From NCBI RefSeq assembly GCF_006345805.1, contig NW_021835991.1, positions 372,001 to 436,000 on the forward strand: a DNA stretch of 64,000 nucleotides, in the 5' to 3' direction. The notes under the pieces are model-generated. The model ran no database searches. It had not been told where the DNA came from and worked only from the letters and a program-made list of their open reading frames with translations. Within the stretch, counting starts at the first letter, position 1, and every line of letters starts with the position of its first letter. Below, in pieces: positions 12,933 to 25,956 of this stretch. The DNA comes from Octopus sinensis (lineage: Eukaryota). Both the position numbers and the translations under genes were made by a program.

Positions 12933-13911
12933 TATTATTATTATTTGCACATACGTAGAATCATATTAGTTATAATTTTACTCGTGCACATTAAAAACAA
13001 TCCTTTGAACCAGCCTCCTCCACCTCCTCTGTCGTGAGCGAGTTTCCTCAGCTCGTCCAGATCCTCACCACTCCTTAGCCTTTTCTTTCACACATTTCAG
13101 GTCTCCGTCAAGTGTTTCGGCAGCGTAACACTGGACGTCCACGGAAGCTCGATCCCTCTTTCAGGAAGTAGCCCTCCATTGCTATGTTGCTGGGGCAAGC
13201 ATGTCCATTCGTAGAATATGGCCAAATAACCTCCACCGCATATTGACGATTTCCACACTCAGAGGGCCAGTTCTGCATCTATTGTATAGCGATTCCTGGT
13301 TGATTCTTATAGGCCAGTTCAATCCCAGTAGGGATCTAAGTTGCCTGCGGTGAAAAGAATCGAGTCCACGTTGTTCAGTACTGACATTCCCAGGTCGCCG
13401 AATTATATGTCAGGATTGGTTTGACAAAGGCTTCATACATCCTCAGACGAAGTGACGTACAGAGTCGTCGTTTGCCGATCCACTCTTTCTTTATCTTGTT
13501 CATCGTGGCCCAAGCGAGAGCCTTTCTTCTGACAATATCATGGCCGTCCCCAAGTAAGAACCGAGTTTGTTCGTTTTTGCGCCAGGCTTCACTTGAGCTG
13601 CTCTCCATCCTCATGATTTCAACGATGTCGGTTTTTCCAACGTTCATTTTAGGAACCATCTGTTCAGCTCAGCAGGTGCCACTTCAAGGAGTCGAAGTAA
13701 GGCCGATTTGTCGTCTGACACGAAGTCGACGTCATCTGCATATACAATTTCGACGATATTGCCAGCATAGAATTTCGAAGGTCTCGTAGTGCCGTCTCCA
13801 GATAGATCACAAATAGCAACGGCGAGGGCGTCTCCCTGAGGGGTACCGCGTTGCACGTGAATTCACGGGAAAACGCCGTGCCGACCCGCACCTTGAGCTT
13901 TGTGTTCGATA
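12933..13911 (-). mobile_element. 5'-truncated RTE-clade LINE with 14-bp TSD
   Basis: GTPQGDAL, YADDVDF, LRMYEAFVKPILTYNSATW, LFGHILRMD. (TAA)n tail at 12933; TSD gcgaagttttgtat at 12919-12932 and 13912-13925. Confidence 0.9.
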
Positions 13912-14104
13912 GCGAAGTTTTGTATATATTAATAATTTGAAATAAATTTCATTTAATTATCAAATAATGTTAATAAACTTTGAGTATTATTAGTTTAATA
14001 AATAAATTTAATTTATTTTACTAGAAATTAGATAATTTCTATATTCATTCAAAAAATCAGGAATGTTTGTGAATTCATTTCTCGAAACATTTATATATAT
14101 TTTT

Positions 14105-15630
14105 TCAAATACTTCTCTTTCAATTTTGATATCACATTTATCCAAAAACTCGTACATCTTTAAAAAATAGTTTTTTTAATTAAATTAATTTTATATATCA
14201 AAATACTAACCTCGTTTGGAGGCATCACCTTCACGATTTCATCAATTCCCAGTCCCCAGTTTGTAAAAATAGTCGGATTTAACATTGCCCCTGCATTAAG
14301 CTCGTCTCCATAAGATGTAAAGTCACTTGTTTTTTTAATTCGTGGAGGTTTCAAATCATAACGAAGTGTAGTAATCCATAAACACGATTATTTGTATCTT
14401 TGAAATAAATATTGGTTAAATACCTTTACTCAACTGTCCATATTGAGAAGCTTTGGTATATTGGGAATAGGAAGTCGTTGAAGACCAATTTTTCTTTTTA
14501 CCATCGCTTATATCTCTATTAGGCTGAATTTCAACATTCAAATTGTTATCATGAAATCCGTTACGATAGTCGAGAAGTTGTAAAATTTTGTTTATATTTA
14601 ATATAGTTCTGAACACATTTCTTCCTGGCAATAATTAATTATGAATTCCAAATAAATTTTATCCAATTCGATTTTCATTATCTCAATAATATTTAAAAAA
14701 TTTTCTAAACTCACAAAATCTTCAGAACTCTTATAAAATTAGCAAAAATAAAATAAACTGAAGTTCTCAAAAGATATTCAAATTCTCTAAAATTTCGAAA
14801 GCCACTCACTTTCAGTTTTTTCCTCAAATCCGCGACTAAACTCTCAACATTCAAACTTAAATTTTCATTATCGTCAAATTTATTATCATGGATTATTTGA
14901 GAAACTTTAATGTTGTCACTAATAGATTTGATGCCATAAGTATGGTCAACAGAAAGGTGTTTTGTTCCTTGAATTCTGCGTTTTTTAATGTATTGCATAT
15001 TAAATACGGATCGCATGTAGTTCCGAGTTTATGTTTGTTTAGATTTCGCCAGGAGCTCAAAGACATGTCACAAATTGTAGCTTCTTTCATATTCTCTTTA
15101 GTTGCAATTCCAATTTTCGTTCCGTTTTTGCCATTACTTCCATCTTCTGTTTTATCTTTTGATGTTAGTCCAAAACGTTCTTCTTTATCAAATGGTTTTG
15201 AATATTTTCTTTCTGTTTGTTTCCACGGTTCCGTAGATTTTAAACTATTTTGATTGGTGACATCATATTTCATCAGATCGCTTACTTTTTCGCCTTAAAT
15301 ACTATTACATGTTTTCACCATATTCAGTCTTTTCTCCATACGTGTGATTCAGATTGTCAAAAGTGTCGGAATAGATTGATATTTTGTTGTTCTTGATCCC
15401 AAAGGATATTTACTTCTTTGGTAATTCTGTTCATTAATTGAGTTGATTATTTCATTAAAACTGAAATTTTAAATTATTAAAATTACAATGTTGTGGGTCT
15501 TGGATTTAGTGAGTCCTTAATTTCAGAAATTTCGTTACTTGCTATTCCATGGAATGTTTTATTTAGTTTTTCTAACTGGTCTTCACGGAAATTACCACTG
15601 AACTTATTCGTGGAAAGAGGTGGATTATAA
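14105..15630 (-). CDS. Unidentified multi-exon gene (low-complexity N-terminus, C-terminal ..WGLGIDEIVKVMPPNE|MYEFLDK..)
   Basis: Overlapping minus-strand ORFs separated by short GT-AG segments (e.g. 15461-15486, 26 nt). No family recognised; boundaries approximate. Confidence 0.35.
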
Positions 15631-16021
15631 TATTCTTTGTATTTTCTTACATTTAATGGATACGTCTTTTTAATATTTAAACTTAGAAATAATACATTAT
15701 TTGTTAATGAAGCCTCATTATACTGAAAACAGTCTATTACATGATCCGAAATTTTTTCCTGTTTAAATCCCGCCTATTTTAGTTTTTACTAATAAAAATA
15801 CTGGTTCAATATTTTTATTAAAATTGAGCATATTTTCTTTATTGATATATTACTGATTTTTTCAAATTGAACTACAACAAATAACTCTATGGTTTTTATT
15901 TTAATATTTTTTAATAAATTTTAAATAAATAATTCAAATGAATAATTTTTCAATTAATCTAGAGTTTATAGTTTCAAAATTTTTTGTTTAAATAAAAATT
16001 TTTCTTCTTCTTAAATAGAAG

Positions 16022-16340
16022 TTAACAAGCCATCCATCCGAAGTGTACCTCGCCAACATAATTGACGCTGCGTTGCCTCTCACGATAGCAACGGAGATCA
16101 ACTGGAAAAGTCACCGGGTCTCACGTGTGTCAAGGCTAAGCGTCCAAGCTTCTTTAGGAAGCGGAGCGATTTCCCACTTATACCTCCAGTTGTCTCGAAC
16201 ACAATCGGATAGAACGCGAATCTGTCTCGCAGTGTCTCCACTGCGCTCTCGGCAATGTTGGATGGGCAGAGAATGTCCACACAGGTTGCGTCCCAGACTC
16301 GGGGTTTTTCCTCTTCAAATGGGAAAATTGTGATCCCATC
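16022..16340 (-). mobile_element. CRE-like retrotransposon 3' fragment (RLE endonuclease end)
   Basis: DGITIFPF..WDATC..PIVFETTGGI..ISVAIVRGN motifs. Confidence 0.75.
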
Positions 16341-16934
16341 ATATAATAGAGTGAAGAAAATTCCCTTATGCTTATTAAATTTTAGATTTTATTTAAAATT
16401 GAAATACGTGATGGTTTTTAATCGAGTGATAGTCGATTAACTAAAAGTTATTTTTAATTTAGGACAACATGTTGAACTAAGTCATAAAAACAAATTTTAT
16501 TGACTTAAAAACTTTCTCTTCGACGAGGTATTTATGAAAAAGCCCAAATATAATATTAATTAGAAGTTAAATTTTAAACAATTATGACTTTAGAATTCGT
16601 CTCTATCAGAATTTTCTTTATTAAGCCTTTTTTGATGCTGCTCCTAATTTTTAATTAGTAGTAAAATTACATCATGTAATTTTTGCATTGCTTCTTCACA
16701 TTTTATCAGGTGTTCCTAAATGATTGTAAATGTTATTGTCAAAAAACCATTTGAATTCGTTGCCTTTCAACATATTCATCCCAATTTTCATCCTTATATG
16801 TATCTGGAGGCATTCTCTGTATTGTTTATCATACGGTGATTTATATATTTCAATAGTTATTGATTATGATTATGTTCAAAATAATAGTGTATTGAAATCC
16901 AATTAAAATTAAAAAAAAATCCTTTATTAAGAAA

Positions 16935-18157
16935 GAAACTAATTAACTAAGTAATTTTACTAACTAAGTCCAGAGCCTTCGAAGTGAGCAGAAGGCGGCA
17001 CTCCACGCACCTCCTCCCCTTCTTCCTCCTCTTCTCTGGCACTGTAGACCTTCGAGAAGGTGCAGTCCAGCGCCTCTTGCTGACTAAACGTCAGGAAAGG
17101 GCTGGATCGGCGAGCATCAAACGAGACACTCTCCAGAGTCCTCTTAAGAACAGTTGACTGTATATAAGCCTGTAGAGACTTATCTACATCCAACTGTCTT
17201 AAGTACCGCTTGTGGTATTTGGTGACCAGTCCATCCCATGTCATCACACACGGGATGACATGGACTTTGCACTGGTGCATCAGTCCTAGCTCGTTTGCAA
17301 GGAGGTCATACTTCCTCCTTTTCTCCACTTCCACTATCTGCAAACGGTCTAGGCACGTGATGCCCACCTCCACGATAACAATCTCCCCGGTGACCTTATC
17401 GTGAACCACAATGTCGGGTCTGTTGTGCTGGACAACAATCGAGGTGCGTATGGGGGTATCCACCTTAATGCACACCCGCGAGTTCTCACACACCGATTGA
17501 ACTCGATGGGTTCGCAACTTTCTGGACCGCCTCAAGCCGTACTTATTGCAGAGCAAAAGATGGAGGGACCTCACCACCTCGTTATGCCTCCATGTGTAAT
17601 CATGGTAAAGCATACTCCCGCACTTCGTGGCTAAATGGTCAACGGTCATTGCCTTACTCTTACAGTGGTTACACTGTCTCCGTTGACCATTAAAAAGTTT
17701 CTATCCTGCAAATATGAGAACAACCCTTCTGATCGGGGAGAGTTATTCCCATATTTCAGCCACGTAGATGACGACGATACGTCAATGTGCGGGTTGTCCA
17801 GGCTGCTAAAGAGAGTCTTGTGAAGGACTTTTAAGTTGATCTTTTTAATTAAAGACTCCTTTTGAAGTTTGATCAACTTTTTCACATTAACTTGGGTAGC
17901 ACCTAGACCATACTTAGCCGACACATAGCCTTTTATGGTCCCTAGGTGTGTACCACGCGCTTTTTCAGCAGCAAGGATGGCAGCCTTCCTTTGGGATACA
18001 CTCGACCCACTCCACAAGGTGTCGTGCATCTTAGTAAGAATTCGCTCACTTAAGTGTACAATGTTACTCAGTCCACGTCCTAGCTGCCCGCGAGACAAGT
18101 ACAATCTCTCCTTATTGCTTGCCAACACGTGGACATGATTCTCTCGGAGTACTCTTC
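16935..18157 (-). mobile_element. 5'-truncated R4/Dong-like RLE non-LTR retrotransposon
   Basis: ERLYLSR..GRGL, TVDHLATKC..YTWRHNEVV, NRPDIVVHDK..IVEVGIT, EKRRKYDLLANEL; one frameshift near 17650-17700. Confidence 0.85.
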
Positions 18158-18219
18158 AAATTTTAAAATACGAAATATTTCATTTAATTAATTGATATGT
18201 TCAAAATTATTAAAATGTA

Positions 18220-19522
18220 TGTCACCGGTTTTTGCTGGGACCCGGCATCTGCTGGGACCGCAAGCGTATTTTCAAATAAAAAATATTCAAAATAGTTTAT
18301 TAACAGTCATAAACACATATTTATTAATTATTTTTAAAAAAGAATATTACTTTTATAAATTAAACTGCCACGTGAAAAATGGGTCTACTGGTTTTGACTA
18401 GAGATACTTTATCAAAAATCAAAAAATACAAAGAATCCCAGAATTTGGATGAAGTTTGGGATAAGAAGGAGAGATATAAAGTCAAGCAACATGCAGAAAC
18501 CTTTTCTTTTGCTGATGGAAAAGCTTATATACGAAGAAATGGCCTAAAACTACGATTTTTTTGTATTGAAGATGCAGAACTAAAATTACTAATGATTGAA
18601 GTATTGGTTGTATCCTCTAAAAATAGTCCGAGCATAATTCTAATCATTTTGAAAGAGATCGAATGATTAGTCATCTGAAGACAAGGATCTATGGTGTTAG
18701 TCGTTCTGAAATATTGCAAGCCGATATGCGGAAGTGAATGATTCAAATTCTGGAGAAGATGCTGATGCTGAAATTCAATTTGTTGAAAATGAAGTAACTG
18801 ATGATAAAAATATTGCAAAAAATTTGTTATCAACATACGAGACTCTAACGAAAGCAGGAGAAAAAATGATATCCAGTATATGATCAAATTGATACGAAAA
18901 AATATAAAGTTATTGCCAGAGAAAATATGAATTTTGATATTGAAGATGAAGAAGGATTTGTCGTAAAAGGAACAAATATTGCGAGACTTTATAAAATTGA
19001 TTAATGTTTTTGTTTATAAAAAATAAGGCTTGTGCTAAAATAAGGGTTAAGGATAGGTTGGGGTTAGGGATAGGGATAAGGTTAGAGTTAGGGATAAGGT
19101 TGGGGTTAGGGATAATGATAAGGTTAGGGATAAGGTTAGGGTTAGGGATAAGGTCGAAGTTAGGTTAGCTTTTGGGATAAAGTTGAGATTTTATCACGCG
19201 ACAAAAATAAAAATGTATTTTTATCACGGAATAATACTTTTTTGTTTTTTTATTTAATTTTTATTTAAAAAAATATAACTAGTTTTCATTTTTTTCGACT
19301 GGTAATCCAGATATCAATTAAATATTTAAAGTTCAACGGCGTTAATAACGAATGTTGGAGTATGCTGGTTTTGTACAAGAAAGAAATTTCAGTAAATTGG
19401 AATCTATCAGCATTTTAGGGTTAAACTTTAACTATTTAATAATTTTAGATATAAATAAAGCGATTTAGTCGATTTTTAGGGCGGTCCAAGGAGATGCCGG
19501 GTCCCAGCAAAAACCGGTGACA
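18220..19522 (+). mobile_element. Non-autonomous Ginger-like DNA transposon (internal deletion derivative)
   Basis: Perfect 31-bp TIRs tgtcaccggtttttgctgggacccggcatct (18220-18250, 19492-19522), TGT..ACA ends, 5-bp TSD atgta. Spliced ORF from 18379 gives an integrase HHCC-type start EHNSNHFERDRMISHLKTRIYGVSR; DDE core absent. Confidence 0.85.
19043..19180 (+). repeat. Degenerate telomere-like (TTAGGG/ATAAGG) tract inside the Ginger-like element
   Basis: ggttagggataa-type 6/12-mer repeats read directly. Confidence 0.85.
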
Positions 19523-20738
19523 ATGTATTTTTTTTAAATTCCCTGTCAAACAATAATAATATCTTTATAGCTTTATTAATAAAATTTCCGTTTTTTAATG
19601 TGCCGATTGACGTTTCAGATTGAAGCTGAGCTGTTTGTTAATTTTTTGAAATTAATTTTTTAAGATCAATTATTTAGAAGAAAATCGTTTTGGCATTTGA
19701 TCAGCTGAATAAAAACACTTGTGTTTCAAATATATTGAAAATATGATTGTCAAAATGGGATTAGATATTTTTACTGTAAATTTTCGTTGTCATGTGTACA
19801 TTCTCTTATTAAATTTACAGGTAGTTTTTATTATTTTAAAATAGTTAATTTATAGCTTTTATATTTAAACCTCGGATTTTTGTTCTGTAATCTATACATT
19901 TCGAAATTTTCTTGAAGGGCTTAGTGACGCTAAAGAGTGCCTTATTATTATAATAGTGCCTTATTCAGCTTGGTTTAGTCATAAATTTTGAATTTTTTAT
20001 TGAAGATTTTCGAATCCGAATAAAGTTGTCTAAAAATCGATTTTCGTTATTATGTGCAAACTGTTCCGATGAGGATAAAAGAATGCCAAAATCGGTAAAA
20101 ATAATGAATTAAAAAATTAAAAATTAACTCAGGATTGAATTATATCGGCACATATTTTGCAGCATCTCTTTTAGTAATAAAATACAGGTTTTTTTTATGC
20201 CCCTCAACTTCTGAAGATTTCATACATTCACATACCAAATACCTTCATTCTACAACTAATCAGACAGTCTTAGGCTATTAAAATATTTTAATTACTATAG
20301 CAATTTGGAAAACCGGTTACTTCAGTGCGCTATATACAATGTTTTCGTAGCAAAAAAACCATCGTTTCGAATTCAAACTTCGCGTTTGAATAAATTTCTT
20401 GTTTATTAGTCAGACGTTGGCAAATAAGTCGATATAATAAGACATGAGGATAGTTACAATCAAGTCTATTTTTTCGGATTAGTACAGAGCCTTTCTGAAC
20501 TTTTCTAACATAGAGACATATTAAAAAACAAACTTCAACAGGTTTTTTAATATTCAGAACATTTTATGAAAATTGTTAAGTTCTTGTGAATATTGAATAA
20601 AGTTCATCAGAAAAATTTATACAAATATTAGAATTAATTTATTTACATATTTTTTGTATTAATACCGGCAAACCTAAATAAAAAAATTGTATTATTGCAA
20701 CAGTACTTAACTCTTACACGTTGTGATCTATATTAGAA

Positions 20739-23594
20739 ATGTCAACAGCCAGTAGACTACCACGAACAGTACTCCCCTCTTTATACAACATACTCATTAA
20801 TCCGGACTTAATAAATTTCACCTTTTCCGGAAAAGTTGACATAAATTCAGTCGTTAATGAACCTTGCCGTTTCGTAAGATTGAATTCCCGTGACCTCGAA
20901 ATCACAAAAGCAGCCATTATTCAAGGAAACAAGACACTTCCAGCCACATGGGAGTACAACATCCGAGCTCAGACACTCGACTTGCTCCTCCAGGATGATC
21001 TAGTACACCAATTTTTGATAATTTGCCAGAATCCCGGACCAGCTAACATTATATTGGAATTCAATGGTCCAATCGGGAATAAAATGGAGGGATTTTATAG
21101 AATAAAATACAATCTTAACGGCGAAGAAGTTTACGGGGCGTCCACCCAGTTCGAGGTATTCAAAATTGATAATTTTTTTAGCCGATTGACGCACGAAGAG
21201 CTTTTCCTTGTTTTGATGAACCCGACATGAAGGCTCAATTTCGCCTATCCATAATATCCCCTCCAAATAGAACTGTCCTTTCAAATATGGTCTTTAACCT
21301 ACCAATAAATCACAGGAAGTTGAGAAAACAACGGTCCTTGAGGATGGAAGACTCCTAAAAGAGTTTGGAACAACACCTCGAATGTCTACGTACCTGGTGG
21401 CCTACATTATTGGGGATTTTGAATATGTGGAGAGACGGAGTGATCGGGGAGTCAGAATAAGGATATACACCCCAGTGGGACGGACAGAAGAGGGGATGTA
21501 CGCTTTGGATGTAGCGGTCAAATCTTTGTCGTTTTATGAAAATTTTTTCGACTTGGAATATCCACTTCCTAAGCTCGATCTTGTCCCTGTCCCGATTTTT
21601 CGGCAGGTTTGTAAAAATGGGTGACAAAATAGGGGCAATGGAGAATTGGGGGTTGGTCACATTCAGAGAGACCACAATCCTTGTTGACCAAACGCTTAGT
21701 TCGGCTAGAACCAAGTCGTACGTAACGACTGTTGTAGCACACGAGTTGGCACATATGTGGTTTGGGAATTTAGTAACGATGGTATTATTTATAATATAGT
21801 TGTGGTAGAGGTGGTGGACTGATTTGTGGCTGAATGAAGGATTTGCTACTTTTATGGAATATTTCTGTTCTTCCCGATGTTATCCGGAATATAATTTCCA
21901 AGCAAGATTTATAACAGGTGAGTTTATGGATTCTATGAATGTGGATACTCGTTTAAACACCCACCCTGTTGAAGTCGCCGTTGATGACCCTTCCAAGATT
22001 GATGAAATATTTGATGAGATTTCCTACTCCAAAGGGGCCTCAGTCATAGCTATGCTTTTTTATTACATTGGGGAGGCTGGATTCAGGACTAGTCTGAGGT
22101 CTTACCTTACCAAATATTCCTACCAAAATACTGAAACACGTGACTTGTGGAATTCTTTTAAGGAATGTGGTTTTAATGTGGAAGGGATAATGAATACGTT
22201 TATTCACATGCCAGGATATCCCGTCGTGTCCGTGAGTTGTGATTCAGCCCAGGATGGATCTCTGGTTATGGTATTGGAACAAAAACGATTCACATTATTG
22301 TCTGGAAGGACTGGTTCTGAAACATTTGAGAACGGGGAAAGAACATTCTGGAACATTCCAGTAGGTTATACTACTGAGAGTGGAGCTGGGAATATTAATT
22401 ATGTGCTCTTGGAACAGCCTCGACAAGAGTTTGCTCTCAGAGATGTCAACGACTCTCAGTGGATTAAACTCAACGCAGGAGTCCATGGATTCTTCCGAGT
22501 TCAATACTCAGCTCCACTGTTTGCCAAATTGTTGGATTCTGTTTCCAACATTCCAATAAACGACTGTATATCTCTCCTCAGTGACACATATGCTTTGGTA
22601 TTTCACATTGTTCTATTTCAGGGGCTTTGTGGATATATTCCAATGGAAATGCTCTTCCGATTGACAGAAATGTTTACAAAGACATACGAACTTTCTATTT
22701 GGGAAGTGATTTCTGATTTCGTTCGTGACATAACCAGGATTGTGAGTGGCACTCCTGTAGACGGTCAGTTTACACTGTACGTACGCCGACTACTGATGTC
22801 TGGAATATTCCAATATGTGGGGTGGGATGTCCAGCCGAATGAAACACATGAAATCTCTCTTCTTCGTAATGTTGTATTTGGGATGATGGCACGTTACGGG
22901 GATGACCAATTCCAATCTCAATGCAGGCAAGTGTTCGAAAGGATACTCCAGACAGATGCCTCCGTAGCCATAGTAGACCCAAATATACTTTTGCCAGTAT
23001 CATAAAAGAGAGTAATATATAGATATATCAATGTGTCATGTCTTGTGGGACTTTGAAGGATTTGAACGACCTGATGGAGTATTATGAGAAGGTTGAGAGA
23101 GCAGAGTCCCGAAAGAATATAATTCAGGCAATCGGGTGTTTGAAATGTCCGGGAGGGCTTGTTCGGATATTTGAAATCCTTACGAGTGTTGGAATAAGTG
23201 TTATGGCATTAATAGGGCAAACTGCGTTCTCAGGACATTGTCTACCTGTTGAGAGGACTGGGAGTACGGCCTGAGAATTCGTCAGAACTGTGGACGCTTT
23301 ATAAACAAAATTATGACTATTTGCTTAGTGCAGTTCAGAATTCGACAATGACTAATTCTATTAAAGTATTTGGTTGTTATTAGTTGGTAGATCGTGTCGA
23401 CTTATTTGAAAACGGCAGATCAATTGAGGGATTTTAATGTAGAGGAGTTGTTAGTATTTTAGGAATTTTTTTCGGGTAGATCTGAGGGAGTAGAAATGAC
23501 TATTGCTCAGTGTGCAGAAGAAATTGGTGAGCTGGAGATGAGATTCCAAAGACATATGCCCGCTTTAGAGGCTTATTTCAATTCTGTTCTGTAG
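20739..23594 (+). CDS. NPEPPS: Puromycin-sensitive aminopeptidase (M1 family), 10 exons
   Basis: STQFE|[37 protein letters not shown]. Introns 21156-21181, 21290-21315, 21607-21632, 21782-21808, 22598-22621, 22997-23022, 23188-23215, 23366-23390, 23439-23462. One extra base is needed at ~21591 to restore PDFSAGAMEN. Confidence 0.9.
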
Positions 23595-23777
23595 ATTCTG
23601 GTTTACTTTGGTTTCAATTTTTGTTTTTGAATATCACTATTTATTGATCTCGATTTCATAGTTTGTGTTATTCAAAATTTGAGAAATGAATGCCAATTTC
23701 ACGATTTTAACGAAAATTAAAAATTACACAAAGTTAATTTTTGGCTAAAAAACATCTGAAAAAACTCAGTAAATGAA

Positions 23778-24293
23778 TATAGTGCGCACTTGAAATTTCC
23801 CGCTGACGAAAATCAGAAATCTAATTCTTCAAATAAATAGTCCCCATCAGAATCTTCAAATAGTCTTTGCAGATATTCCTCTCTCTCTTTGTTGTCTTCT
23901 CAACCTTCTCCTTATACATATCTTCGTTGAGGAATCCTATCAACGTCTAGGTTTCCTTCGTCTTCCTCCCACAACACATCATCCTCAGTACCATCCAGCT
24001 TTTTGGTGAGGCAACACTTCTTCAAGCCTCTAGCAACGATGGCAGGCTGCAAAACGTCCCAACTCTTCTAGATCCACTGTGTGACTAGCTGCAGTGATGG
24101 CTTTCTGGTGTTGCCACTTGCTGTAAATGTTTTCTGAAGCCATGCGTTGCGCCCATAAATTTATAGCAACAACGTGCTGACTATTTGAAGTCAGAATCCT
24201 TGTTGGTTTTGAGCATGATTTTCAGGCCGAGGATACTCAGCTCAACTGTATTGATGACACACCTTGCAGTTCTTCTCTCAGAAATCGTTTTAA
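23778..24293 (-). mobile_element. pogo (POGK-like) transposase 3' relic
   Basis: TFTASGNTRKPSLQLVTQWI*KSWD..GLKKCCLTKKLDGTEDDVLW. Confidence 0.75.
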
Positions 24294-24358
24294 AAAGTAC
24301 CTAATTGCTTTAAGCTTTCCACATGTTAACAAAATTAAACAAATATTTCAATAAAAAA

Positions 24359-24815
24359 TTATTTTTTTGAGAACACAAGCATATTTTCGTAGAATAAAAT
24401 AACAATTTGAGGACATATACGATTGGCGTCGGAGGCAAGGACGGTTTCAGACTTAGGAGAGTTCTTCCTACTTGTTGATTAAATATAAAAGTGTCATTTC
24501 ATAGTGAAAATTAGCCGACCGTTAATCATTTGAGCATCCTCGATGTAAGCAGGCTCCAGTCCATGAGGAAAGACAACTTGTTTACTCTGAGTTTGTTGAC
24601 ATAATTTAATGCCTTTTTCTTTTCGATTTTTTCTTTATATTTTTAGTTTTTTGATACTGTTTGATTTACATTTCACAATTTAGATTTTCTACAGGCTCCC
24701 ACGAATTTTCTGAATGAGAACGATTTAACTTTGGAAATCCTTTCCATGAAATCAAATAATACTCTTTTCCTTCTAATACTAAATGTTCAAGAAGTGACTC
24801 CACTTCGTAATCCAT
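24359..24815 (-). pseudogene. HP1/CBX-like gene (chromodomain + chromoshadow), damaged
   Basis: MDYEVESLLEHL..YYLISWKGF..NSWEPVENLNC and GLEPAYIEDA..GRLIFTMK(W)KNS..VLASDANRICPQIVILFYENML; in-frame TAA after the chromodomain, and the GT donor is missing at the MKW intron. Confidence 0.8.
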
Positions 24816-25213
24816 TTGATAAATATTTATTTTGTAAGACAACAAATATTAAAATAAAAAAATAATAGAAATATATTATCTAAAAATATTCTATTCCTAG
24901 CGATTTTGCTAGTTTTAAATGGTGACCAAAATTAGTCACTTATTTCTTCATTATATTTTTGGGATATGAATCGAGGATCACAGGGATTATATTTAACTGG
25001 TTTACTCTGGTCCTTTGGTCAATAAATTTCTAATGTCATTATATTTTCCTTAAATTTTCAACAATCTGTTTTATGTTCAATTTCTTTTGTGGTAGCTTTC
25101 ACTCTAACAGAGAATTTCTGAAAAACGTTAATGTTTGTTTATATGCGGTTTAAAGCTAATTTCTAGAGCACCAATAATCGACGTCAAAGCTCGGAAAACG
25201 CATATATTATTTA

Positions 25214-25490
25214 CTAGCTCGGCATCTCGCTTCGCTCATCGCGACCTAGCTCCTGCGGAGGGTCTGTTTCATCAAACAACCATAAGTTTATGTAAATATA
25301 TTACCTGTTGATAAACGATGTTTGTGGTCCGTTCTTCCTTTGAATATATGAATAAATTTTCTCTTCTACTTACCCTTGAGCATCCCACAGCGATCGAAAA
25401 AGCACTTGCTCTCTAAAAATAAGCCAGCTACCTTTAACGACTGTCTCTGCACATTTTTTATTGTCATCCAAAACTTATCTTCAACGGAAA
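25214..25490 (-). mobile_element. Helitron 3' end relic
   Basis: PIF1-helicase tail FPLKISF..MTI..QSLKVAGLFLE..GCSRV, then a GC-rich subterminal stretch and CTAG terminus at 25214-25217. Confidence 0.7.
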
Positions 25491-25956
25491 CAGATAAACT
25501 AACAGAAAAACCAGATAACTAACACATTAAATAGATAACTAAAAATTAATTAAGTGGTAAAAGAACCAACAGGGATCGAATTGAGAAAGTAAAAAATTAA
25601 CAGTTTTAATTAAATACCTTAACCGCAGCTTTTTTAAGCTTTGTTTTCATTTTTTTCAGCTTTGTTCTTCCAACTTGTGTCATCTATTGAAAAATTATTT
25701 TTGAATAATAAAAAAAATGAGGAAAAAGGCGACCAAAAATAAATTCCATCTTTTCTACGGAAATTCTTCTAAATGCGCTGTTAATTGGTAGTTAATTGTG
25801 TTAATGCCATTTACATCTGCTTCAATATTTGTCTAATTCAAGAATCTATTGAGAAATTAGCACTTGAAAAAATTCAATGTATTAACAAAACTAGTTATCT
25901 CAGAATGTTGAATTTTCTAACCTGCACATGATCGATTATTGAGCAATTATTTATAT

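Noticed and set aside
19043-19180. True telomere or chromosome-fusion scar
   Set aside because: Degenerate, single orientation, and enclosed by transposon TIRs.
21611-21632. Alternative 22-nt intron that keeps the aminopeptidase frame without an indel
   Set aside because: It yields RQVWAMEN and destroys the conserved PDFxAGAMEN motif, which is visible in the shifted frame.
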